This document shows, piece after piece, positions 54,619-63,414 of a DNA stretch of 64,000 bases (within the stretch, counting starts at the first letter, position 1; each line of letters opens with the position of its first letter). The stretch comes from Bacteroidaceae bacterium. GTDB lineage: Bacteria; Bacteroidota; Bacteroidia; Bacteroidales; Bacteroidaceae. A program made the position numbers and the translations under genes. The notes beneath the pieces are model-generated. The model did no database searches and was not told the origin of the DNA. It was given only the letters and a program-made list of their open reading frames with translations. The DNA is taken from positions 7,615-71,614 of the forward strand of contig JAZKYH010000022.1 of NCBI GenBank assembly GCA_045612065.1, read 5' to 3'.

Positions 54619-56346
54619 ATGAGTTACAAATGGAATTATCAACCTCCCACCCAACAGGACTGCGTAGATGCTGAGACGCTATCCGAGGAGATAGGCATCA
54701 GTCCTGTGCTATGCCGTCTGCTACAGGAGAGAGGCATACGGACGGTTTCCGAGGCGAAAAAGTTTTTTCGTCCCAGCCTACTCGACTTGCATGACCCCTT
54801 TCTGATGGACGGGATGGATGCTGCTGTGGCGCGCATCAATAAAGCCCTCGGACGCAAGGAACGCATACTCGTCTATGGTGATTATGACGTAGATGGCACA
54901 ACGGCTGTCGCTCTGGTGTACCGTTTCTTGCAACAGTTTACCACCAACATCGACTACTACATCCCCGACCGCGACAATGACGGGTATGGCGTATCGTTCC
55001 AAGGTGTAGACTATGCCAAAGCCTCGGGCGTAACACTGGTCATAGTACTCGACTGCGGCGTGAAAGCAGTAGACGAAATTGCCTATGCCAAGACTTTGGG
55101 CATAGATTTCATCGTGTGCGACCATCACGTACAAGATGAAGTTTTGCCCCCGGCAGTAGCCATACTCAACCCCAAACTACGCGAGTCAAGCTACCCCTAC
55201 CCTCACCTGTCGGGTTGTGGTGTAGGCTTCAAGCTCATGCAAGCTTTTGCCAAGGACAATGGCATCGAGTTCAGTCAACTCATCCCCTATCTTGATTTGG
55301 TGGCGGTGAGCATCGCCTCAGACATTGTCCCCATCATGGGAGAGAACCGCATCCTTGCCTACCATGGATTACGCCAGATAAACAACAACCCCAGTACGGG
55401 ACTCAAAGCCATCATAGAAGTGTGCGGACTAAAGGACAAAGAGATCAAGCTCAACGACATCATCTTTAAGATTGGGCCACGCATCAATGCTTCGGGACGC
55501 ATACAAACCGGACGTGAGGCTGTAGACCTACTCACCGAAAAGAATTATCGCAAGGCATTGGACATGAGCAACCAGATAAACGAATATAACGAAGCACGCA
55601 AAGATCTGGACAAGAGTATGACCGAAGAGGCCAACCGCATCGTGGACAACCTCGAGGGACTGGCTGACAAACGAAGCATCGTGCTATATAATGAAGACTG
55701 GCACCGAGGAGTCATTGGTATCGTAGCATCGCGATTGACCGAACTTTTTTACCGTCCATCAGTAGTGCTCACCAAGACTAACAATATCGCTACAGGGTCA
55801 GCACGTTCAGTGGCAGACTTCGATGTGTACAAAGCCATTGACAGTTGTCGCGACCTGTTGGAGAACTTTGGCGGACACCCCTATGCTGCAGGCCTTTCAC
55901 TCAAGGTTGAGAATGTCGAGGAATTTACCCGCCGCTTCGAGGAGTATGTGGCCGAAAACATACAACCTACACAAACCGAAGCCAATATCTATATTGACGA
56001 AGAGTTGACCTTCAGCGACTGCACCATGAAACTCTATAACGACTTGAAGCGATTCGAGCCCTTCGGCCCCGACAATCCCAAGCCCATATTCTGCACACGC
56101 CACGTCTATGACTTCGGCACCAGCCGCGTAGTGGGACGCAACCAAGAGCATATCAAGCTGGAGTTGGTGGACAACAAGAGCAATAACGTCATAAATGGCA
56201 TTGCTTTCGGACAGAGTTCGCAAGCGCGCTACATCAAATCTAAACAAGCTTTTGACATCTGTTACACTGTGGAGGAGAACTCACACAAACGTGGTGAAAT
56301 ACAGCTATTTATCGAGAGCATCAGGCCAAACACACACGAGGAGTGA
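54619..56346 (+). CDS. recJ: single-stranded-DNA-specific exonuclease RecJ
   Basis: 575 aa. DHH motifs (...ILVYGDYDVDGTT..., ...VLDCG..., ...IVCDHH...) and a DHHA1 domain (...GGHPYAAG...). Confidence 0.95.
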   Translation: MSYKWNYQPPTQQDCVDAETLSEEIGISPVLCRLLQERGIRTVSEAKKFFRPSLLDLHDPFLMDGMDAAVARINKALGRKERILVYGDYDVDGTTAVALVYRFLQQFTTNIDYYIPDRDNDGYGVSFQGVDYAKASGVTLVIVLDCGVKAVDEIAYAKTLGIDFIVCDHHVQDEVLPPAVAILNPKLRESSYPYPHLSGCGVGFKLMQAFAKDNGIEFSQLIPYLDLVAVSIASDIVPIMGENRILAYHGLRQINNNPSTGLKAIIEVCGLKDKEIKLNDIIFKIGPRINASGRIQTGREAVDLLTEKNYRKALDMSNQINEYNEARKDLDKSMTEEANRIVDNLEGLADKRSIVLYNEDWHRGVIGIVASRLTELFYRPSVVLTKTNNIATGSARSVADFDVYKAIDSCRDLLENFGGHPYAAGLSLKVENVEEFTRRFEEYVAENIQPTQTEANIYIDEELTFSDCTMKLYNDLKRFEPFGPDNPKPIFCTRHVYDFGTSRVVGRNQEHIKLELVDNKSNNVINGIAFGQSSQARYIKSKQAFDICYTVEENSHKRGEIQLFIESIRPNTHEE

Positions 56347-58238
56347 ACTACGTAGAGGTACTTCGCGAGCACTTCGGCTACGATTCGTTTCGCAGCATAC
56401 AGGAAGATATCATCCGCAGCATAGGAAGCGGACGAGACACACTTGGCCTGATGCCTACGGGAGGCGGTAAAAGTATCACCTTTCAAGTACCTGCCCTGGC
56501 CATGCCAGGCGTGTGCGTTGTGGTCACTCCACTCATTGCCTTGATGAAAGACCAAGTGAGCAAGTTACGCGAGCGCGGCATCAAGGCCACAGCCATCTAC
56601 TCGGGCATGAGCCGCGACAACATCGTGACAGCGCTCGACAACTGTATCCTCGGCGGGTACAAGTTTCTCTACGTCTCGCCCGAGCGACTCTCCTCGGACA
56701 TCTTTCTCAACAAACTACGCCGTATGGAGGTGAGTTTCATTACCATCGATGAGAGCCACTGCATATCGCAATGGGGCTACGACTTCCGCCCCTCATACCT
56801 CGCCATTGCAGAGATACGCAAGCAACTGCCCGAGGTGCCCATCCTTGCCCTTACCGCTACGGCCACACCTGAGGTGGTCGAAGACATACAGGAGAAACTC
56901 CTGTTCCGCACCAAGAACGTGTTCCGCATGAGTTTCGAGCGCAAGAACCTTAACTACATCGTGCGCTCCACCGAAAACAAGGATGCCGAGTTGCTGCACA
57001 TCCTTACCCGCGTAGAGGGCTCGGCCATCGTCTACGTACGCAACCGCGACAAGACACGCGAGATTGCCAAGATGCTCGTGGAGCATGGCATCAGCGCCTC
57101 GTTCTACCATGCAGGCCTCGACACCCGCGACAAGGACAAGCGTCAACAGCAATGGACCGAGGGGAGTATACGTGTCATTGTTGCCACCAATGCCTTCGGC
57201 ATGGGAATTGATAAGGCAAACGTACGCCTCGTTATCCACTACGAGATGCCGGACTCCCCCGAGGCCTACTACCAAGAAGCCGGACGTGCCGGACGCGATG
57301 GCCTCACCGCCTATGCCGTACTGCTCTATGCCCCCGACGACAAACGCAAACTCTCTCGCCGCATATCGGACAACTTCCCCGAAAAGGAGTTCATCCGCAA
57401 CGTCTACGAGCGACTCGGCTACTACTATCAAATGGCCGTAGGCGATGGCATAGGTTGCCGATACGATTTCGACCTAAATGAGTTCTGCCGTGCCTACCAC
57501 CTTCCCATCGTACAAACAGACAGTGCCCTACGCCTACTCACACAGGCTGGTTACATCCATTATCAAGAAGAGGAGGAGCACACTTCGCGCCTGCGTTTCA
57601 TCATCCCCCGCGACGAGCTATACCGTCGTTACGATATCAGCGACACATCGGACCAAGTCATCCGCACCCTCCTGCGCCTCTACAGCGGTGTGTTCAGTGA
57701 CTACGTGTTTATCGATGAGAAATACATCAGCGAGATGAGCGGCATCGAACTCGAGCCCCTCTACGAATCGCTGCTCGGACTGGGTCGCGCGCGCGTGATA
57801 CAATATATTCCTCGCCGCACCTGCCCCTCGGTGACCTTCACGCAGAAGCGCATCGACACTTCCCGAGTTCTTATCCCCCACACAGTTTACGAGGAGCGTA
57901 AAGAGAAATATGCCCTCCGGATAGAAGCCATGAAGGAGTACGCCCTATCCGACAAGCAATGCCGTAGCCGTATGCTGCTCCGCTACTTCGGCGAGCACAC
58001 AGCCCTACCCTGCCAGCAATGCGACAACTGCCGTGCCCAGCGCAACGCTACATTTCCCGAAACTGCATACCAAGCCTACCTCGACATGGTCATCGACCTA
58101 CTATCAGACAACAGGACTCATTCCATAGAGGAGTTACACACACTACCCATCCCCTCCGAACATCTACGCCCCTTCCTTAATCGCATTGTGAGCGAAGAGG
58201 AATTCGCGGTATGCGATGGGATGATAATGAGAAAATAG
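56343..58238 (+). CDS. recQ: RecQ-family ATP-dependent DNA helicase
   Basis: 631 aa. The GTG start overlaps the recJ stop (GTGA). ...MPTGGGKS..., DESHCISQWGYDFRP, ...ATNAFGMGIDK..., and the zinc-finger Cys cluster ...CRSRMLLRYFGE...CQQCDNC. Confidence 0.93.
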   Translation: MNYVEVLREHFGYDSFRSIQEDIIRSIGSGRDTLGLMPTGGGKSITFQVPALAMPGVCVVVTPLIALMKDQVSKLRERGIKATAIYSGMSRDNIVTALDNCILGGYKFLYVSPERLSSDIFLNKLRRMEVSFITIDESHCISQWGYDFRPSYLAIAEIRKQLPEVPILALTATATPEVVEDIQEKLLFRTKNVFRMSFERKNLNYIVRSTENKDAELLHILTRVEGSAIVYVRNRDKTREIAKMLVEHGISASFYHAGLDTRDKDKRQQQWTEGSIRVIVATNAFGMGIDKANVRLVIHYEMPDSPEAYYQEAGRAGRDGLTAYAVLLYAPDDKRKLSRRISDNFPEKEFIRNVYERLGYYYQMAVGDGIGCRYDFDLNEFCRAYHLPIVQTDSALRLLTQAGYIHYQEEEEHTSRLRFIIPRDELYRRYDISDTSDQVIRTLLRLYSGVFSDYVFIDEKYISEMSGIELEPLYESLLGLGRARVIQYIPRRTCPSVTFTQKRIDTSRVLIPHTVYEERKEKYALRIEAMKEYALSDKQCRSRMLLRYFGEHTALPCQQCDNCRAQRNATFPETAYQAYLDMVIDLLSDNRTHSIEELHTLPIPSEHLRPFLNRIVSEEEFAVCDGMIMRK

Positions 58239-58282
58239 TTCTGCAAAAACGCCCCTTATTATTTATAAATAATAAAAATTAA

Positions 58283-58312
58283 GGGAGAACACTAAGTGTC
58301 CTCCCTTTTTTT
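58283..58312. terminator. hairpin plus T-run between convergent recQ and the GH109-like gene
   Basis: GGGAGAACAC taa GTGTCCTCCC (1 mismatch) followed by TTTTTTT, with an A-rich left flank. Confidence 0.75.
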
Positions 58313-58331
58313 ATAAGTTCTCGAGACTCAA

Positions 58332-59978
58332 TTACTTCTTGAGAGCCTTGGCAATCATCTTCTCAGCCTTTACGACAGCCTTGTCGTAAGCCTTCTTAGC
58401 CTTTGCCTTGGCAGCTGCATCGGGAGCAGCCTTTACAGCGTCGTAGAGAGCCCAGAGGTTGCAAGCTACGGTAGCCTCCTTCTGTGCGGCGGTGTATGCA
58501 TCGGCCTTAGCCTCAGCGATAGCCTCCTCCTCAGCGGGAGCGTAAGCGTGCTTGTAGCCCTGCTGGTCGTTCCAGTGACCACGTGTGAAGTCGGGGAAGG
58601 TCACAGCAGCGCAGTTGTTGTCCATAGAGATGGCGCCGAGCTCAGCGAGTGAGCACCACTCAGCGAGGTCATATACGTCCATATCGAGGGGAAGACCATT
58701 CTGGAGACAGTATACGAGACGTGCGTCCATGATGTAGTCCATACCGCCGTGACCCATCTGACGGCCCTTCTCGCCATACTTGGTGAGGATGGGGTGGTAG
58801 TACTTCTTCTCGAGGGCCTGCTTCTGCTCGGCGTTGATGAAGCCGTGAGCGTTGAGGTTGTCCATCTGAGGAGCGTCGGTACCCTTGAGAGCCTCGCCTG
58901 AGAGTGCATACTCGGGTGTGGGGTACTTGGTAGCGTAACCCTTTGTACCGGTGAGCTTGAACAAGCGGTTGTAGGGCTGGGGAGTCATCACGTTGTGCTG
59001 GATCTCAACCACCTTACCGTTAGCGGTACGCATGAGGGTTGTGGTGTGGTCACCATTGCGGAACTCCTTGCACTCCTTGCCGGTCTTGTTCTCAACCCAC
59101 TCCTTACCTACGAAGCTCTCGGTGTCCATAGCGATAAGGGTTGTGAAGCGGTCACCACGGTGAATGTTGAGGCACTGTGCTACGGGGCCAAGGCCGTGAG
59201 TAGCGTACACGTCGCCACGGTTCTCCATGTTGTACTTCATACGCCAGTGGAGGTTGTCCACGTCGTTGTCAGCGGGGTCTTTCCAGTATGAATCCCAGAA
59301 CCACTCGAGGCCGTGGATGTAGGCACCCTCAGCGCGGATAATCTCACCGAAGATACCGTCCTGTGCCATAGCGAGGGCGTTCATCTCATAGTAGTCGTAG
59401 CAGCAGTTCTCGAGGATGAAACAGTGGAGACGGGTCTGCTCAGAGAGGTCGATGAGCTCCCAGCACTGCTCGAGGTTCATTGCTGAAGGCACCTCGATAG
59501 CGGTGTGCTTGCCGTTCTCCATGGCAAACTTAGCCACGGGGAAGTGGTGGTTCCAGTCGGTAGCAACGTATACGAGGTCAATATCGTCGCGCTTGCAGAG
59601 CTCCTCATAGCCCTTCTCGCCGTAGTAGATGTCGGCGGGGATCAAGTTTGCATCGCGGAGGTACTTCTGGCAAGCCTCTGCGCGGCCTTCTTCATAGTCA
59701 CAAAGTGCAACAATCTCAACACCGGGGATGTGAGCGAAACGCATTACAGCCCAGGGACCACGCATACCGAGACCTACGAAACCTACGCGTACGGTCTCGA
59801 GCTTGGGAGCGGTGAGGCCGAGCACGTGCTCCTGACCAGCGGGACGCTCGGGAGTTTCAACGACGAGTGTACCCTTGTCCCAATGTGTCTTGGTAGAGGG
59901 CGAAAGCGACTGAGCATTGAGGCCACCTGCGGTCATCAAGGCTGCCAATGCAAGAGAAAGAATGTGTTTTACTTTCAT
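58332..59978 (-). CDS. secreted Gfo/Idh/MocA-fold enzyme, GH109 (alpha-N-acetylgalactosaminidase)-like, with an Ala/Lys-rich C-terminal tail
   Basis: 548 aa. Signal peptide, a Rossmann motif ...VGFVGLGMRG..., and GH109-like length up to ~aa 470, followed by a ~75 aa A/K/E-rich helical tail. Confidence 0.75.
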   Translation of the reverse strand: MKVKHILSLALAALMTAGGLNAQSLSPSTKTHWDKGTLVVETPERPAGQEHVLGLTAPKLETVRVGFVGLGMRGPWAVMRFAHIPGVEIVALCDYEEGRAEACQKYLRDANLIPADIYYGEKGYEELCKRDDIDLVYVATDWNHHFPVAKFAMENGKHTAIEVPSAMNLEQCWELIDLSEQTRLHCFILENCCYDYYEMNALAMAQDGIFGEIIRAEGAYIHGLEWFWDSYWKDPADNDVDNLHWRMKYNMENRGDVYATHGLGPVAQCLNIHRGDRFTTLIAMDTESFVGKEWVENKTGKECKEFRNGDHTTTLMRTANGKVVEIQHNVMTPQPYNRLFKLTGTKGYATKYPTPEYALSGEALKGTDAPQMDNLNAHGFINAEQKQALEKKYYHPILTKYGEKGRQMGHGGMDYIMDARLVYCLQNGLPLDMDVYDLAEWCSLAELGAISMDNNCAAVTFPDFTRGHWNDQQGYKHAYAPAEEEAIAEAKADAYTAAQKEATVACNLWALYDAVKAAPDAAAKAKAKKAYDKAVVKAEKMIAKALKK

Positions 59979-60170
59979 AATGATTAATAATAAAATTAGT
60001 ATTAAGATTATTAGTTAAACTTAAAATTCCACTATTTCGCACAAAGATACAGCCTTTTTTACAAAGGACAAAGTTTTCAACACTAAAATCCAAATCCTCA
60101 CCAAATTGCCATGCCCCTTTATACGATTTCGCCCTATTTGCCGTTTACACTCTTATAAGACTATAAATTT

Positions 60171-61319
60171 ATGGAATGGTTTAATCGCACCCGAACGATA
60201 AAGTTCTCACTCATCCTCATCGCCGTGCTGCTGGGCGTGGCATCGCTGATCTTCTCAAGCCACCTCGTGAGCGACCTCGCCGAGGAGGAGAGCACCCGCA
60301 TGGAGATATGGACCGAGGCCATGCGCACCTTCAACGCTGCCGACGAGGGCACCGACCTGAGCCTCGTGCTCACCGTCATCCGTGGCAACCACACGATACC
60401 GGTCATCGTGCTCGACGGCAAGGGCAGCATCGAGAGTTACAGCAACGTGCGCATCCAGTCGGCCGATACGCTGGGCTACCTCATGCAGCGGGCTGCCTCC
60501 ATGCGCGAGGCGGGCCACATCATCCGCATGGACCTCACCGACCCGGGCGAATACTATGAGGTGTGCTACGACGACTCGCTCATGCTCAAGCGCCTCGAGG
60601 TGTACCCCTACGTGCAGTTCGGTGTCTTCATCATCTTCCTCGCCGTAGCCCTCTTCGCACTGCTCAGCATGAAGCGCTCCGAGCAGAACCGCGTGTGGGT
60701 GGGACTGTCCAAGGAGACGGCCCACCAGTTGGGCACGCCCATCTCGTCGCTCATGGCATGGACCGAGATCCTGCGCACCACCTACCCCGACGACGACCTC
60801 ATCCCCGAGATGAGCAAGGACGTCCACCGGCTCGAGATCATCGCCGAGCGCTTCTCCAAGATAGGCTCACTGCCCGAGACCACGCCCGAGGACCTGGGCG
60901 AGGCGCTGCAGCGCGTGGTCGACTACATCGGCCGCCGCACGTCGGAGCACATCGCCATCACCCTCCATCGGAGCGAGCGCCCCGTCATCGTGCGCATGTG
61001 CAGCCCCCTCTTCGAGTGGGTCATCGAGAACCTCTGCAAGAACGCCATCGACGCCATGGACGGCGAGGGCAGCATCAACATCCACATGGCGCAGACCGAC
61101 GAGCGCGTCTACATCGACATCGAGGACACCGGCAAGGGCATCCACAAGGGCCACTTCAGCACCGTCTTCTCCCCCGGCTTCACCACCAAGAAGCGCGGTT
61201 GGGGCCTCGGCCTCTCACTGGCCAAGCGCATCATCGAGAGCTACCACAAGGGGCGCATCTACGTCAAGCACTCCGAACTGGGCAAAGGCACCACCTTCCG
61301 CATCGAACTGAGGAGGTGA
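60171..61319 (+). CDS. membrane sensor histidine kinase (no adjacent response regulator)
   Basis: 382 aa, two TM segments. H-box ...ETAHQLGTPISSL..., N box ...ENLCKNAIDAM..., G1 DTGKGI, and G2 GWGLGLSLAKRI. Confidence 0.9.
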   Translation: MEWFNRTRTIKFSLILIAVLLGVASLIFSSHLVSDLAEEESTRMEIWTEAMRTFNAADEGTDLSLVLTVIRGNHTIPVIVLDGKGSIESYSNVRIQSADTLGYLMQRAASMREAGHIIRMDLTDPGEYYEVCYDDSLMLKRLEVYPYVQFGVFIIFLAVALFALLSMKRSEQNRVWVGLSKETAHQLGTPISSLMAWTEILRTTYPDDDLIPEMSKDVHRLEIIAERFSKIGSLPETTPEDLGEALQRVVDYIGRRTSEHIAITLHRSERPVIVRMCSPLFEWVIENLCKNAIDAMDGEGSINIHMAQTDERVYIDIEDTGKGIHKGHFSTVFSPGFTTKKRGWGLGLSLAKRIIESYHKGRIYVKHSELGKGTTFRIELRR

Positions 61320-61360
61320 CGCAAGGTCTAAAAGGAGTCAACCCTTTTCAGGAAAAAAGA

Positions 61361-61537
61361 CACTCAGTACTCAGTACTCAATTAATCTGCTCTCCCCCCC
61401 GATGGAGCAAAATAGTTGTAATAAAAATTCATATTTAGTAATTAGATATACATAGTATATATAATTACTAAATATGCCCATAATAATACCTGTACAAAAA
61501 GACAGTGCACAAATTAATTGAGGGTGAGTACTGAGTG
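61361..61537. repeat. nested palindromic AT-rich element (outer ~30 bp inverted repeats, inner 22 bp-arm palindrome)
   Basis: The outer repeat CACTCAGTACTCAGTACTCAATTAATCTGC (61361-61390) matches the reverse complement of GCACAAATTAATTGAGGGTGAGTACTGAGTG (61507-61537). The inner repeat CATATTTAGTAATTAGATATAC (61430-61451) matches the reverse complement of GTATATATAATTACTAAATATG (61455-61476) with 1 mismatch. Confidence 0.85.
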
Positions 61538-61713
61538 CTTTCGAGGGGATATGAGCGCACGCACGCGTGGCGGCCGCGCATTATGCGCATATGTGTTGAG
61601 TTAGGGGGTTAGGAGTTTTCGGGTTATAGGTGATGGGCCATCCGGATGGTAAGGTTCACTTCTCAAAAGCCAACAGCCCCTCCATAACCCCATAACCTAT
61701 CCAAGCGATTTGC

Positions 61714-61801
61714 CGCACCTGCGGCAGCGGATTTTCGCACCTGTAGCGTGGCGTCATCACACCTACGGAAAATCATTATCTCACTGCAAATAAACGGATT
61801 G
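61714..61801 (+). repeat. second 4 x 22 bp array with a CRCACCTGCG-type core
   Basis: cgcacctgcggcagcggatttt / cgcacctgtagcgtggcgtcat / cacacctacggaaaatcattat / ctcactgcaaataaacggattg, in 22 bp register. Same orientation and core as 38455-38542. Confidence 0.8.
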
Positions 61802-61941
61802 CAAAAAGTTATTTGAAGTTATTTGAAGTCTTTTGAACTAAGTCGGAGAGGCAAAAATAAAAGTCGCACCTTCGCACACAGAAAATAAAGACCTTTTTTT
61901 GCTTTTTCACCCGTTTTACACTAATTTCGCACCACAAATCT

Positions 61942-62496
61942 ATGAACACCCTCATGCCCCACAACTACGACGAAGAGAACCTCATCCTACAATTGCGCGA
62001 TACGAAGACGCGCAACGCTGCCTTCTCCCTGCTGGTGAAGGCCCATAGCGAGACACTCTACTGGCACATCCGCCGCATGGTAGGCTCGCACGACGATGCC
62101 AACGACATCCTACAGAGTACCTTCATGAAGGCCTGGACAGGGCTCGACGGATTCCTCGGCCAGTCGAAAGTGCTCACCTGGCTCTACCGCATAGCCACCA
62201 ACGAGACCTACACCTTCGTCAGCAAGAACAGCCACGTCCAGTTTGACGACATCGACGAGGCCGCCAAGGGCATCGAAGCCGACGAGTGGTTCGACGGCGA
62301 CCACCTGCAAGCCCGTCTGCAAGCCGCCATACAGACCCTCCCGCCCAAGCAGCGCATGGTGTTCAACATGAAATACTACGACGAGATGAAGTACGAGGAG
62401 ATGTCGGCCATCCTCGGCACCAGCACAGGAGCCCTGAAGGCATCGTACCACATCGCCGTGAAAAAAATTAGCGAATATTTGGAGCGGGACAATTAA
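61942..62496 (+). CDS. ECF-type RNA polymerase sigma-70 factor
   Basis: 184 aa. Region 2 (...DILQSTFMKAW...WLYRIATNE...) and region 4 (...LPPKQRMVFNMKYYDEMKYEEMSAILG...). Confidence 0.92.
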   Translation: MNTLMPHNYDEENLILQLRDTKTRNAAFSLLVKAHSETLYWHIRRMVGSHDDANDILQSTFMKAWTGLDGFLGQSKVLTWLYRIATNETYTFVSKNSHVQFDDIDEAAKGIEADEWFDGDHLQARLQAAIQTLPPKQRMVFNMKYYDEMKYEEMSAILGTSTGALKASYHIAVKKISEYLERDN

Positions 62497-62547
62497 ACCC
62501 TCGCCAAGGAACAGAGTCAAAGAAACACAAAACGAAGGAGAAAAGAT

Positions 62548-62916
62548 ATGAACACCGATAGCGAACTGAAGGCCCGATACGGCACCAAGTCCCCCTACAA
62601 GGTACCCGAAGGATACTTCGAGCAGTTCCACGAGCAGCTGATGAGCCGCCTGCCCGAGGCCACCCCCGAGGCCGCACCCGAGGCGAGGATCACCCTCATG
62701 ACACGCATCAAGCCACTGCTCTACCTGGCAGCCATGTTCGTGGGCATCGTCTTCCTCATGCAGGGCATCGCCTACGTACAGCACAGTCAGGTGACCCGCA
62801 ACGAGCAGATAGCCCTCGAGGAGCTCTACGACGACGAGGCCGACCACTTCATGTCCTCATCGCTCTACGACGAGTATGTGCTCTACTCCTACCTCACCAC
62901 CGCCGATTACGAATAA
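62548..62916 (+). CDS. single-pass membrane protein, putative anti-sigma factor
   Basis: 122 aa with one TM helix (...PLLYLAAMFVGIVFLMQGI...), immediately downstream of the ECF sigma gene. Confidence 0.55.
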   Translation: MNTDSELKARYGTKSPYKVPEGYFEQFHEQLMSRLPEATPEAAPEARITLMTRIKPLLYLAAMFVGIVFLMQGIAYVQHSQVTRNEQIALEELYDDEADHFMSSSLYDEYVLYSYLTTADYE

Positions 62917-62943
62917 TTATTCATACATAAAAAGAAGAACAAT

Positions 62944-63414
62944 ATGAGACGATACCTCACCACCCTACTCATCGGGTTCGTATGCCTCGCCGCAGCAGCC
63001 CAGCAACCCCAAGGACAACGCCCACGCATGACTCCCGAGGAGTATCAGGCCAAGCAGAAGGAGTTTATCACCCGCCATGCCGAACTCACCGACGAGGAGA
63101 GCGTAGCCTTCTTCCCCCTCTACTTCGAGTTGCAGGGCAAGAAGCACGAGGCCAACCGCCGTGTGTGGAAGCAGGTGCGCGCCGTGTCGCCTCATGAGCG
63201 CACCGAGGAGGACTGCGTGAAGATGATTGACGCCATGGCCGACGTCAAGATCGAGTGCGCCACACTGGAGAAGGAGTACCTCGCCAAGTTCAAGGAGATA
63301 CTCCCCGCCAAGAAACTCATGCGCGTACAGATGGCCGAGGAGCGCTACCAGCGCGAGCTCCTGCGCGGCATGCAGCAGAGCGGCCACAAACACCAAGGAG
63401 CACCCCAGCAATGA
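62944..63414 (+). CDS. secreted helical protein of the ECF operon (Spy/CpxP-like composition; function unknown)
   Basis: 156 aa with a signal peptide (...CLAAAAQQ) and charged helical repeats. Its stop overlaps the next ATG (ATGA). Confidence 0.6.
   Translation: MRRYLTTLLIGFVCLAAAAQQPQGQRPRMTPEEYQAKQKEFITRHAELTDEESVAFFPLYFELQGKKHEANRRVWKQVRAVSPHERTEEDCVKMIDAMADVKIECATLEKEYLAKFKEILPAKKLMRVQMAEERYQRELLRGMQQSGHKHQGAPQQ

Noticed and set aside
60563-61438. 291 aa ORF in an alternative frame of the histidine kinase gene. Similar long shadow ORFs occur at 60255-60827, 62110-62847, 63345-63974, 12828-13622, 8501-9178 and 1556-2182.
   Set aside because: Their Arg/Pro/His/Gly-rich, low-complexity translations are typical of off-frame or antisense reading of GC-rich genes. 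Each is fully covered by a gene with clear family motifs.
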